A stretch of 64,000 bases of DNA, from positions 73,651 to 137,650 of the forward strand of contig MHGF01000028.1 of the NCBI GenBank assembly GCA_001805445.1, written 5' to 3'. Origin of the DNA: Omnitrophica WOR_2 bacterium GWF2_43_52 (GTDB lineage Bacteria > Omnitrophota > Gorgyraeia > Gygaellales > UBA12090). Below the pieces are notes generated by a model. It ran no database searches and was not told the DNA's origin. It saw only the letters and a program-made list of their open reading frames with translations. The position numbers and the translations under genes are program-made. This document shows positions 17,381-26,625 of this stretch, one piece after another (position 1 is the first letter of the stretch; every line of letters begins with the position of its first letter).

Positions 17381-17680
17381 TTATCCCCTGCTGATAATCA
17401 CCAAAAGCGTCACGATAATCGCTATAGCAATAATATAAAAATCGTAAAAGTAAAAAAAATCCCTCAGGCGTTCGCCGGATGTAGAAACGACTTTCTGAGG
17501 GGATTTCTGGTTCTGAAACGTCTGCAAAAGCTGGTCAATCTGATCTTTCTGAAACCTCAAATAGACTCCTCCTACTTTATAGGCTGGAATCTCCCTCTTC
17601 TCGGCAAGATCAATCACCTCTTTCTCGCTGATTCCTAAACTATAGGCTACTTCTCGTATCGTTAATAACTTCTCAGCCAT
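17381..17680 (-). CDS. Excisionase/MerR-type HTH protein with C-terminal transmembrane helix
   Basis: HTH_17-like LTIREVAYSLGISEKEVIDLAEKREIPAYKVGGVYLRF; hydrophobic tail FYFYDFYIIAIAIIVTLLVIIS. Confidence 0.5.
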   Translation of the reverse strand: MAEKLLTIREVAYSLGISEKEVIDLAEKREIPAYKVGGVYLRFQKDQIDQLLQTFQNQKSPQKVVSTSGERLRDFFYFYDFYIIAIAIIVTLLVIISRG

Positions 17681-18188
17681 TACCTATTCTCCCTGCAGCA
17701 AGCCACTCATCAATAGCCTTGCGCTCGAATTTCCAACTCTCCCCATCTTTAAGCGCGGGAACCTTTCCTGTGCTTGCCCATTCTGTAATCAAGGGTAATT
17801 CTACCTCCAAATATTTGGCTAACTCATCAATACTAAAATGATCTTTAAGCATGTGGCAGGTGCCTTCAAACACCGCGCCTTCATTAACAACCAGCCTCGC
17901 GGTCCTTGCCTTGATTTCAACTACTGCGCTCGGCAAAAGGATGAGTTTTTGTTTGGCCAATATATCACCTTTTAGCCTGCCGGCAATAATAATTTCATCA
18001 CCAATAAGGTGCGCGTTGACTATGGCGTTTGGGCCGATAACAAGGCTGCCCTTTGTCTCAAGCGTACCTTCAAATTTACCGTTAATCCTTAAGTTCACCG
18101 GGTCGCGAAAGGTAAGGCTCCCAGACATAGCCGCATCAACATCAAGAATCTTCTCCACATCCTGCCTGTGCTTGTCTTTAAATGACAT
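17673..18188 (-). CDS. Bactofilin domain protein fused to C-terminal excisionase-type HTH
   Basis: Beta-helical bactofilin repeats (LVIGPNAIVNAHLIGDEIIIAGRLKGDILA...), then FSIDELAKYLEVELPLITEWASTGKVPALKDGESWKF. Confidence 0.6.
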   Translation of the reverse strand: MSFKDKHRQDVEKILDVDAAMSGSLTFRDPVNLRINGKFEGTLETKGSLVIGPNAIVNAHLIGDEIIIAGRLKGDILAKQKLILLPSAVVEIKARTARLVVNEGAVFEGTCHMLKDHFSIDELAKYLEVELPLITEWASTGKVPALKDGESWKFERKAIDEWLAAGRIGNG

Positions 18189-18269
18189 GGTTACCTCCTG
18201 GTTTTATCGGTTTTTCCTCGCCTGGCCCGATGCCAGGCATTTCTGGATAATGCCAGAAAGGAATAACGA

Positions 18270-18713
18270 TCACCCTTTGGGGTGTTTATCGCCAAATATC
18301 TTATTTTCCAGGCGCCTCAAAAACATAAGTGTTAACAACACTATTACCGTCGTCGCGATGGCGGCGGTATAAAAACCACAACCCACCGCCAGGCCTAAGG
18401 CCGCGACGACCCACAGGCTTGCCGCGGTGGTTAACCCGCGGATTTCCTCGCCATATCGGATAATCGTACCCGCGCCTAAAAAGCCAATTCCTGTGATAAC
18501 TCCCGATGCAATCCGTGATGGATCAACGGCAACTTTATCTTTATATATATCAAAAATATAAAGTGATGTCAACATAATCAATGTTGAACCGACACATACA
18601 AGAATATGGGTGCGTAAGCCAGCTGCCCTGCGATGCAGCTGGCGTTCTAATCCTATGAGGCCGCTTACCAAAACCGAAATAAGTAACCTGATAATAATCT
18701 GGGTATTACTCAT
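18270..18713 (-). CDS. mgtC: MgtC/SapB family membrane protein
   Basis: LLISVLVSGLIGLERQLHRRAAGLRTHILVCVGSTL motif. Confidence 0.8.
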   Translation of the reverse strand: MSNTQIIIRLLISVLVSGLIGLERQLHRRAAGLRTHILVCVGSTLIMLTSLYIFDIYKDKVAVDPSRIASGVITGIGFLGAGTIIRYGEEIRGLTTAASLWVVAALGLAVGCGFYTAAIATTVIVLLTLMFLRRLENKIFGDKHPKG

Positions 18714-18740
18714 TGTTATTTCTCCTATAGTAATAGTAAC

Positions 18741-18830
18741 AATTTAGGGTCGATGGTCGATAGTCAATGGTCAATAACGCAAGGAACCATATGCTATCGA
18801 CCATAGACCATAGACTATAGACTATAAACC
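18741..18830. repeat. Intergenic palindromic repeat (GATAGTC/ATGGTC family)
   Basis: GGGTCGATGGTCGATAGTCAATGGTCAATA ... CTATCGACCATAGACCATAGACTATAGACTATAAACCC. Confidence 0.7.
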
Positions 18831-18861
18831 CTTTATCTGTGTTTTTACTATACTATCACGA

Positions 18862-19860
18862 TTATGAAAGTTCAGGGCCAAGATAATAATTTGAACGTTT
18901 CCCTCTCTTATACAACTGGTACCCCAACCCCGCGATCATCGCCGCGTTATCCAGGCTCAAGGCAAAATCCGGGAAAAACACATCCACATTCTTGAGGCGC
19001 GCTTCTTCCTCCATACGGCTTCTTAAATAACTGTTTGCCGCGACCCCTCCTCCCACTACCAGAGTCGCGATCTTCCTGCGCTCACAAGCAAGAAGCGACT
19101 TTTCGACTAATGCCTCCACCACCGTCTTCTGAAAACTCGCCGCCAAATCTTTATTTGTGACCTTGTGGCCTTGTGACCTTGTGACTTGATAAAGAACCGC
19201 GGTCTTTATACCGCTAAAAGAAAACCCAAGATCATCCGAAGTGCCGCAGGAAAGCTTTACACTCTCTGGATTGCCCTGCCTTGCCATTTTTTCAATCACC
19301 GGGCCGCCAGGATAGCCTAAGTCCAAAATCTTAGCCACCTTATCAAAGGCTTCACCGGCGGCATCGTCAGCGGTTTGGCTTATACCTTTAAAATCGAAAT
19401 CCTTACTTATTAAAAACAAGCTGGTATGCCCGCCGGAAACGACCAGCCCAACGCACGGTAACGCAGGGAAACCACAGCCTTGTTTTTTATCTTTGGCCAG
19501 GAAACTCGCGTACAAATGCGCCTCAAGATGATCAACGCCAACCAAAGTTTTCTTTGTAGCGAAACTCAGCGCCTTAGCAAACGATATGCCTACCAAAAGC
19601 GAACCCACTAACCCCGGGCCCTTGGTCACGCACACGAGCCCTATATCGGTTATCTTTTTCCGCGCTTTTCTAAGCGCGTCTTTGACTACAAGTGACAGAG
19701 ACTCAATATGGGCGCGGGAAGCAATCTCCGGAATTATCCCTTTGTATTTCTGATGTAACCTTAGGCTGGAGGAAACTACATTTGAAAGCACATATCTGCC
19801 GTTTTCTACCACTGCCGCGGAGGTTTCGTCACAGGATGTTTCAATACCAAGGATTATCAT
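18862..19860 (-). CDS. tsaD: tRNA N6-adenosine threonylcarbamoyltransferase
   Basis: MIILGIETSCDETSAAVV and downstream Kae1/TsaD motifs. Confidence 0.9.
   Translation of the reverse strand: MIILGIETSCDETSAAVVENGRYVLSNVVSSSLRLHQKYKGIIPEIASRAHIESLSLVVKDALRKARKKITDIGLVCVTKGPGLVGSLLVGISFAKALSFATKKTLVGVDHLEAHLYASFLAKDKKQGCGFPALPCVGLVVSGGHTSLFLISKDFDFKGISQTADDAAGEAFDKVAKILDLGYPGGPVIEKMARQGNPESVKLSCGTSDDLGFSFSGIKTAVLYQVTRSQGHKVTNKDLAASFQKTVVEALVEKSLLACERRKIATLVVGGGVAANSYLRSRMEEEARLKNVDVFFPDFALSLDNAAMIAGLGYQLYKRGKRSNYYLGPELS
19156..19188. repeat. Octamer tandem repeat TGTGACCT-like x4 inside tsaD (encodes VTRSQGHKVT loop)
   Basis: TGTGACCTTGTGGCCTTGTGACCTTGTGACTTG seen directly; ORF intact. Confidence 0.75.
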
Positions 19861-19862
19861 TT

Positions 19863-20807
19863 CTATTTCACCAATTCCGATACGCGGACAAACCTAAAAC
19901 CGCGTTTTTTTAATTCAGGGACAACCTTCTCTAACACCTCGAGCGTCTTCTGCCGGTCATGGCCAATACCAATAGCATACCCTGATTGCCTGGCAATCTT
20001 AGCCAAAAGCTCAATCTGTCCTAAGATATACCGTGGCTCATTCTTATTATCCAAAAACACCTGTCTTCGGGCATAGGGAATCGCTATATCTTTTGCCAGC
20101 TCCTTACAAACAGTCTTACCGGTAAAGCTATCCAAAAAGAATAAATTTCGCTTCTTAAGGTCAGTTAAAATAATTTTCATTAATGGCTTACTTTCGGTTG
20201 CCCTCGAACCCTGATGATTCGATACCCCTTTAATTCCCGTAACACTTTTTATATCCTTATCCAGAATTTTCAGCACCTGTGCTTTTTGCATAACACTACT
20301 TATAGTATCCGGCTCAGGATGCGATTCTTGCCCTTGATATGACTCAAGAGGAAGATGAAGGATTGCCTCTTTGCCAAGTTCAAGAGAAAGTTTGGCAATC
20401 GCTTCTGAATAGGTGCGCCGAGGTAAAATAGCCAGCGTTAACGGCTCGTCAATTTCCCTGAGAATTTTGACATTATTCAGGCTATATCCCCAGTCATCAA
20501 GGACAATGGCAATCTTTGCTCCCGCGCCATCTTGAAGAATAACCGGTTTTTCTTCTTTTGGCTGCTCTTTTTGTTTTACGGCTGTTTGAACCTTTTGCCT
20601 GGGGGCAAGCTCTTTTTGCTTTTTTATTTTCTGGGGCTCCTCTACCCTGACGAACACCTTCTTTGGAGTAACATCTTCTTTTCTTCGAAAACAAGAGCTC
20701 AACAGCAAAAGAGACTGGACCGCGATTACCCCTGTGAGGATATAAATGGTCTTTAGGTACGGCCGGTTATCTTTGATTATTTTCTTTGCCACGTTGTTAA
20801 AAAACAA
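19863..20807 (-). CDS. Divergent polysaccharide deacetylase family protein (YibQ-like) with N-terminal TM anchor
   Basis: IAIVLDDWGYS motif and overall layout of PF04748-like proteins. Confidence 0.6.
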   Translation of the reverse strand: MFFNNVAKKIIKDNRPYLKTIYILTGVIAVQSLLLLSSCFRRKEDVTPKKVFVRVEEPQKIKKQKELAPRQKVQTAVKQKEQPKEEKPVILQDGAGAKIAIVLDDWGYSLNNVKILREIDEPLTLAILPRRTYSEAIAKLSLELGKEAILHLPLESYQGQESHPEPDTISSVMQKAQVLKILDKDIKSVTGIKGVSNHQGSRATESKPLMKIILTDLKKRNLFFLDSFTGKTVCKELAKDIAIPYARRQVFLDNKNEPRYILGQIELLAKIARQSGYAIGIGHDRQKTLEVLEKVVPELKKRGFRFVRVSELVK

Positions 20808-20945
20808 ACCGTACGTAAGAAATACGGCGCTCTTTGGTTATACCATCGCACAACTAAAACTAGTGCATTATGACATACATTCATGCTACAGCGCCCTATC
20901 TTGAAAGCGGGGGTGGCAAGGTTATGTTTGAGCGGGGCGTACGTA

Positions 20946-20990
20946 AATTTCAGCGCTCCCCGCTGTTGGCGGGGAGTGCTGAAATTTATG
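20946..20990. other. GC-rich perfect hairpin TTTCAGCGCTCCCCGC-TGTT-GGCGGGGAGTGCTGAAA
   Basis: Perfect 16-bp inverted repeat seen directly in the ctpA/yibQ-like intergenic region. Confidence 0.6.
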
Positions 20991-21095
20991 TCACGGAGCA
21001 CTAGTGTTCAGTAACATAGATTTATGATAGCTATAATGTTGCTTCGCACTTCCTTACCTACCGGCAGGCAGGCGCTATGTGCTCGAATGCCCGGA

Positions 21096-22454
21096 TTATT
21101 GTTTCTGAACTTTGATTTCTTTTTGCGTGTCCGAACCAAACATGTTCTTATACACCTTAATCCCTTTAATGATATCTATGGCACTGACAATCTGATTATC
21201 TTTCTTATAGTCAAAGACGGCCTCTTTTGGCTGCACTTCCTTTACCGCCTCCGGAGTTTTTTCCTTCATCGTCTCAAAAATACTTTCGATACCCGGCTCG
21301 TTTGCCACAAAATCAAGCCTGCCGGCACTCACCAGGACATCGGGAGTTACCCCCTGATTATGAATCATCCTTCCGTTAGGGGTAAAGTATTTACTGGTAG
21401 TCAATTTCAATGCCGAACCGTCAGACAAGGGCAATACCGACTGTACCGAAGCTTTACCGAAGGTCTTATTACCGACGATTACCGCCCGCCTGTAATCCTG
21501 GAGTGCTCCGGCAACAATCTCACTGGCTGAGGCAGAACCTTCATTTACCAAAACAACCATAGGGATATCTAAATATTCAGGCCCATTTGAAGATTTAAAC
21601 TCCATATTTTGCGATGCGATTCTTCCTTTCGTCGAAACCACAACCTTATTCTCGGGGATAAATCTATCCACTACTTTTACCGCCACATCCAGGAGGCCCC
21701 CGGGATTATTCCGTAAATCTAAAATGACGCTATCCATGGCTGATTTTTCAAGCTGGCTAAGGGCCGCGTCTAACTCACTGGGAGTATCTTTCCTGAATTC
21801 AACCAACCTCACATACCCTATTTTATCCTCAAGTATCCGCACATTCTTGATAGCCTTTATCTTAATGATATCCCGCGACAGCTTTACCTCAAAAAGCTTA
21901 GGCGCGCCTTCCCGCAGTATCGTAAGGGTTACTTCGGTCCCCGGCTTGCCGCGCAATTTCTTAACGGCATCGGTCACCGTGAAATTTTTAGTCAGTTCAT
22001 TTTCTATTTTTACAATCCTATCCCCGGGTTTAAGCCCTGCCTTCCACGCCGGGCTGTCTTCAATAGGGCTTATAACGGTGAGCAGATCATCCCGTATAGC
22101 AATCTCAATGCCAATGCCTCCGAATTTTCCCTCAGTGTCAGTTTCTAATTCTTTACGGCTCTCAGGGTCAAGAAACTCGCTATACGGGTCTAGCGAAGCC
22201 AGCATCCCTTTGAGTGCTCCGTACATTAAATCCTGAGGTTTGGGAGTATCAACATATTCCTCGCTGACAAGGTTTAAAGCATCGGAAAATAACTCCAGAT
22301 GTTTATACATCTCGTTTCGCTGTTTTCGCTCATTTTCAGAAAACACTAAAAATGAAAAACCAAAACTTGCAATAACAATAAAAGCAATGACTGTTCTACG
22401 TTTACGCATAGAGTTCTCCTTGCTATCCACTCGTTTCCGGGGTCTCCTAATCAT
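21096..22454 (-). CDS. ctpA: Carboxy-terminal processing protease (S41 family, PDZ domain)
   Basis: PDZ plus S41 catalytic region, 452 aa, signal anchor. Confidence 0.85.
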   Translation of the reverse strand: MIRRPRKRVDSKENSMRKRRTVIAFIVIASFGFSFLVFSENERKQRNEMYKHLELFSDALNLVSEEYVDTPKPQDLMYGALKGMLASLDPYSEFLDPESRKELETDTEGKFGGIGIEIAIRDDLLTVISPIEDSPAWKAGLKPGDRIVKIENELTKNFTVTDAVKKLRGKPGTEVTLTILREGAPKLFEVKLSRDIIKIKAIKNVRILEDKIGYVRLVEFRKDTPSELDAALSQLEKSAMDSVILDLRNNPGGLLDVAVKVVDRFIPENKVVVSTKGRIASQNMEFKSSNGPEYLDIPMVVLVNEGSASASEIVAGALQDYRRAVIVGNKTFGKASVQSVLPLSDGSALKLTTSKYFTPNGRMIHNQGVTPDVLVSAGRLDFVANEPGIESIFETMKEKTPEAVKEVQPKEAVFDYKKDNQIVSAIDIIKGIKVYKNMFGSDTQKEIKVQKQ

Positions 22455-22531
22455 ACATCCACCTTACGCATCGGCTTTCCAAAACCAACCTTTAGCGTTA
22501 TTTGATTATTGATACCTGCGATATGTTTGGG

Positions 22532-23962
22532 TCACGGATTTTTCACTTTTAATTTTTCTCTCAAAACATCCTGGGCCACTTTAGGATTTGCCTTACCTTT
22601 ACTTGCCTTCATTACCTGTCCTACTAAAAACATAAAGGCATTGCCTTTACCCGAGGTATAATCCCCTACGGACTTGGCATTTTCCGCGATCACCCTATCC
22701 ACAATCCCTTCAAGTTCTTGAGTATCTGAAACCTGCAGTAAATCTTTTTCCTTAACAATTACCTCCACAGGCTTGCCGCTGTTACACATCTGAGCCAAAA
22801 CCTCTTTTGCCGCCAAATTATTAAGTTTACCCTCTTCAACAAACTGCAACAAGGAAGATAGCGCCTGCGGAGTAAAAAGAAGAGATTCAATACTACTGTT
22901 ACGCGCGTTCAGCTCATAGCTTAAAGGGCCAATACACCAATTACAGACAATCTTGGCCTTAGGATAAAATTTAACCGTATCTTCAAAAAATTTGGCGAAT
23001 GCCTTCTCAGCAGCCAGAATCCCCGCATCGTAAGCGCTCAATCCATAGTCTGAAACGAACCGCTTTTTGAGTGCCTCAGGTAGTTCCGGAAGCGAATCCC
23101 TCAAGGCTTTTATTACGGAATCCTGTATAGTAAGCGGCGGTAAATCCGGCTCTGGGAAATAGCGGTAATCCATTGCCTCTTCTTTACTGCGCATAGAAAC
23201 AGTCTTTCCCGCAACCTCATCCCAGAGGCGGGTTTCCTGCAGAATAGGCTTTTGCGCTTCTAAAGATTCCGTTTGCCTTTTTATTTCATAGGTAAGGGAG
23301 TCCCGCACTGCCTTAAACGAATTCAAATTCTTCAATTCCGCTTTTGTCCCTAATTCTTGCACGCCATGTTTACGCAAGGAAATATTGGCATCGCACCTGA
23401 GCGAGCCCTTCTCCATATCGCAATCGCAGACCTCCAAATATTTGAGAATAGATTTTAATGATGTCAGATACTCATAGGCTTCTTCAGGAGAAGAGATATC
23501 CGGTTCGCTTACAATTTCAAGAAGAGGAATCCCCGCGCGGTTATAATCCACCAAACTACAGCCCTCCTGGTGAATCAGCTTACCCGCGTCTTCTTCCAGA
23601 TGCGCCCTCCGGATACCGATAGATTTCTTTTTTTCTTTAAGTTCTATGGTTAAAAATCCCTGAAGCGCCAGTGGCAGGCCGTACTGCGATATCTGATAGC
23701 CTTTCGGTAAGTCGGGATAGAAATAGTTCTTGCGGTCAAACTTAGTAAATTTTTGAATCTGGCAATGAAGCGCTAAGCCTACCTTAATCCCGTATTCCAG
23801 AGCCTTTTCGTTTAAAACCGGCAAACTCCCCGGAAACCCCAAACACACAGGACAGGCCTGGGTATTTGCCTCTTTACCAAATCCAGTCATACACCCGCAA
23901 AAGGCCTTGGTCTGGGTCTTTAATTGCGCGTGGACTTCTAAACCTATAACGGCTTCGTACAT
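22532..23962 (-). CDS. gatB: Asp/Glu-tRNA(Asn/Gln) amidotransferase subunit B
   Basis: MYEAVIGLEVHAQLKTQTKAFCGC start; gatCAB order. Confidence 0.95.
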   Translation of the reverse strand: MYEAVIGLEVHAQLKTQTKAFCGCMTGFGKEANTQACPVCLGFPGSLPVLNEKALEYGIKVGLALHCQIQKFTKFDRKNYFYPDLPKGYQISQYGLPLALQGFLTIELKEKKKSIGIRRAHLEEDAGKLIHQEGCSLVDYNRAGIPLLEIVSEPDISSPEEAYEYLTSLKSILKYLEVCDCDMEKGSLRCDANISLRKHGVQELGTKAELKNLNSFKAVRDSLTYEIKRQTESLEAQKPILQETRLWDEVAGKTVSMRSKEEAMDYRYFPEPDLPPLTIQDSVIKALRDSLPELPEALKKRFVSDYGLSAYDAGILAAEKAFAKFFEDTVKFYPKAKIVCNWCIGPLSYELNARNSSIESLLFTPQALSSLLQFVEEGKLNNLAAKEVLAQMCNSGKPVEVIVKEKDLLQVSDTQELEGIVDRVIAENAKSVGDYTSGKGNAFMFLVGQVMKASKGKANPKVAQDVLREKLKVKNP

Positions 23963-24040
23963 AAGTAGTAAGTAGTAAGTAGTAAGTAGTAAGTAGACAA
24001 CAGACTGCCTACTATCTACTCCCTACTTACTACTTCTTAG
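23962..24040. repeat. Heptamer tandem repeat AGTAGTA x~5 followed by inverted partial copy
   Basis: Seen directly between gatA and gatB. Confidence 0.8.
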
Positions 24041-25485
24041 ATCTTTGGTTTTTCCTTATGCCAGGGAGTACTTTGCTCGTAGGCATGCGCCACTTTTAAA
24101 AGCATTTCCTCATCAAAGGCTTTCGCGATAATCTGTAAACCAACAGGTAATCCTGCCTTACTCAAACCGCAGGGAACAGAGATTGCCGGAATCCCCGCGA
24201 GATTGACTGAAATCGTATAAATATCCGATAAATACATGGCTAAAGGATTCTGCGTCTTTTCCCCTATGGCAAATGCCGGCGTGGGAGAAGTGGGGGTTAC
24301 GATACAATCACACTCTTTAAAGACATTCGCGAAATCATTGGCAATCAACGCCCTGACTTTCAATGCCCTCAGATAATAAGCCTCATAATAACCGTGGGAG
24401 AGCACATACGTTCCCAGAATAATCCTCCGCTTGGCTTCATAGCCAAACCCGCTGTCGCGTGTTTTTTCATACATATCATGAAGGCTCACGGCACCCTTGT
24501 GCCTAAGCCCATACTGGACTCCGTCAAAACGCTCCAGGTTAGAACTCGCCTCCGCGGTAGCAATGATATAATATACCGGCACCGCGTATGCTGAATGCGG
24601 CAGGCTTACCTCCTTTACCTGGGCACCCAATTTCTTTAGTTGAAGAATGGCTTCTTCTACGCATTGCTTGACTTCGGGGTCTATTCCGGTAAGTTGATTT
24701 TCTTTTGAGAGGGCAAAATATTCTTTAGGAACGCCTATTTTTAAACCCCTGATATCCTTTCCCAGAGATTGCGTATAGTCTGGAACACCGGTATTTACCG
24801 AGGTAGCATCACAGCGGTCATGGCCGGCAATCAGTTTTAAAAGCAGGGCGCTGTCTTGAACATCTTTGGTTATAGGCCCTATCTGGTCAAGGCTTGAGGC
24901 AAAGGCAATCAAACCATAGCGGGATACGCGGCCATAGGTAGGCTTGAGCCCAACCACACCGCAGAATGATGCCGGCTGGCGTATGGAACCTCCGGTATCA
25001 GAACCCAGCGCCCAAAAGGCCTCGTCCGCGGCAACCGCGGAGGCGGAGCCTCCGGAAGAACCTCCGGGAACACACGCCAGGTTCCAGGGATTACGGGTGG
25101 GGAAATAACAGGAATTCTCGCAGGAAGAGCCAAAGGCAAACTCATCCATATTGGTTTGGCCATAGATACCGCAACCAGCCTCTTTGAGTTTACGAATTAC
25201 CGTAGCGTCATAGGGCGGACGAAATCCCTCCAGAATCTTTGAGGCACAGCTCGTCAGTTGGCCCTGAATGCAAATATTGTCTTTAACCGCGATGGGAAGG
25301 CAATATGAGTCAGCGGGTGCGCGGGTGTGCGGGTGCGCGGGTTTTTCTACCCGGACGAATGCCTTGACCTTAACCTCAACATCTTCTATTCTTTTTTTGA
25401 GGCTGGCTAAAATTTCTTCTTGAGTTGTCTCCTTGCTCTTTAATTTTTCCAGCAGCTCATGGGCAGTCAATTGATGGATTTCCAT
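24037..25485 (-). CDS. gatA: Glu-tRNA(Gln) amidotransferase subunit A (amidase signature)
   Basis: Amidase signature GGSSGGSA..., 482 aa. Confidence 0.95.
   Translation of the reverse strand: MEIHQLTAHELLEKLKSKETTQEEILASLKKRIEDVEVKVKAFVRVEKPAHPHTRAPADSYCLPIAVKDNICIQGQLTSCASKILEGFRPPYDATVIRKLKEAGCGIYGQTNMDEFAFGSSCENSCYFPTRNPWNLACVPGGSSGGSASAVAADEAFWALGSDTGGSIRQPASFCGVVGLKPTYGRVSRYGLIAFASSLDQIGPITKDVQDSALLLKLIAGHDRCDATSVNTGVPDYTQSLGKDIRGLKIGVPKEYFALSKENQLTGIDPEVKQCVEEAILQLKKLGAQVKEVSLPHSAYAVPVYYIIATAEASSNLERFDGVQYGLRHKGAVSLHDMYEKTRDSGFGYEAKRRIILGTYVLSHGYYEAYYLRALKVRALIANDFANVFKECDCIVTPTSPTPAFAIGEKTQNPLAMYLSDIYTISVNLAGIPAISVPCGLSKAGLPVGLQIIAKAFDEEMLLKVAHAYEQSTPWHKEKPKI
25313..25342. repeat. Octamer tandem repeat GCGGGTGY x~3.75 inside gatA (encodes HPHTRAPA)
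   Basis: GCGGGTGCGCGGGTGTGCGGGTGCGCGGGT seen directly. Confidence 0.75.
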
Positions 25486-25591
25486 TATCTATACCCTCAC
25501 ACTAATGCGCTGTCAACTTAATTGTTAATGGCTAATCAGCTAAAGAGCTAACGAGCTAAAAAACTACCGCTAAATTATTTTTAACAGGGCA

Positions 25592-25879
25592 TTATTCAAT
25601 CACCTTTGGCACCACAAAATGCCCCTGAGCATTGTGCGGCGCGTTCGCAAGGACGGCATTCTTATCAAGAGAACTCGCTACCACATCAGGACGAAGGACA
25701 TTATTGATTTCCAATACGTGGCTCATAGGCGTAACCGAAGAAACATCAACTTCTTTAAGCTTATCTATAAAAGTAATAATATCCTCTAATTGCCCGGAAA
25801 ATAATTTTAGTTGTTCTTCGCTTAAGCCGATACGCGCTAAGCGCGCCACCTTCGCTACATCGCTTCTTTCGATAGCCAT
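25592..25879 (-). CDS. gatC: Glu-tRNA(Gln) amidotransferase subunit C
   Basis: 95 aa, VAKVARLARIGLSEEQL motif. Confidence 0.85.
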   Translation of the reverse strand: MAIERSDVAKVARLARIGLSEEQLKLFSGQLEDIITFIDKLKEVDVSSVTPMSHVLEINNVLRPDVVASSLDKNAVLANAPHNAQGHFVVPKVIE

Positions 25880-25975
25880 GGCAGGCTCTCCCTTCCAATC
25901 TTATAAGGCCATTATAATAGATTCACTTATTTTTGATACTCAACTATAGCATTGCTTGAACAAAAAGTCAACACC

Positions 25976-26003
25976 TTGACAAAACCCGTTTTTGTGTTAT
26001 ACT
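25976..26003 (+). promoter_or_regulatory. Near-consensus sigma70 promoter TTGACA-16/17-(TG)nTATACT
   Basis: TTGACA at 25976-25981, extended -10 TGtTATACT at 25995-26003. Confidence 0.55.
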
Positions 26004-26009
26004 TTAAGT

Positions 26010-26218
26010 AGAAATTTGAACTTTGACACTATGTGTAAACGTACCAATTGTCCCGGCCCTCGATAAGCTCGGTCGGGATCCCGCTAAAGCGGGAAAAAAG
26101 GCTAACTAAGGGTAACCTTGGGGCGCAAAGCTACCTGTCCGCCAATCACTATGGCGGATAGAGGAGCTGCCAAGCTGGTGAAAAACCTCAAAAATGCCTT
26201 TTTGAGGTTTTTTGTTTG
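26010..26218 (+). ncRNA. Structured leader / candidate riboswitch or sRNA: several hairpins, then intrinsic terminator (26184-26218)
   Basis: Hairpins CCCGGCC...GGTCGGG, CCCGC-TAAA-GCGGG, TCCGCCA...TGGCGGA; terminator AACCTCAAAAA-TGCC-TTTTTGAGGTT-TTTTGTTT; contains GGGGCGCAAAGCUACC. Confidence 0.35.
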
Positions 26219-26292
26219 TAGAATGCTTGTTCCTAAACCATGCCCGCGAGATTTATCCCCAAAAAGCCTTACAAGCTTAAGGAGGATTAAAC

Positions 26293-26622
26293 ATGAACAC
26301 GGTAACAGCCATTCGGATTATGTTCATCGCGCTTACCCTTATGCAGTCAATGATAGATACTGTGTATGGGGGGGATTCGGCTTCGGTAAGGGTTTCCTGC
26401 ATTATTCCCTCAATTCCCGGGGTCAATGCGCCGCTTCTTGACACACTATCAACGCAACAAGAAACTCAACCGCTAACGGAAGAAAAAGAAACCCAAGTAA
26501 TACAAGAGGAAACCCAAGAGAAAAAACCAGGATGGCTGCAACAGACTACGCAGGTAGCAGCGGTAGAGAAAGAATCGGGGAAAACACAACTCGTGGCTAT
26601 TGATACTTTTTACAGCCGCTAG
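26293..26622 (+). CDS. Small secreted/TM hypothetical protein (Thr/Gln/Glu-rich tail)
   Basis: Strong RBS AAGGAGG 7 nt upstream of ATG; hydrophobic N-terminus. Confidence 0.55.
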   Translation: MNTVTAIRIMFIALTLMQSMIDTVYGGDSASVRVSCIIPSIPGVNAPLLDTLSTQQETQPLTEEKETQVIQEETQEKKPGWLQQTTQVAAVEKESGKTQLVAIDTFYSR

Positions 26623-26625
26623 AAT

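Noticed and set aside
20777-21001. 74-aa ORF spanning the GC-rich palindrome
   Set aside because: ORF is produced by the palindrome itself; no start context.
26010-26218. Assigning the leader to the c-di-GMP-I (GEMM) riboswitch class
   Set aside because: Only the GCGCAAAGC core resembles GEMM. Expected GNRA tetraloop/receptor and P1 closure were not found by eye. Left as unclassified candidate.
26118-26441. 107-aa plus-strand ORF overlapping the leader region
   Set aside because: No RBS. It overlaps promoter-proximal hairpins and the terminator. The adjacent 109-aa ORF has a strong RBS and is the better call.
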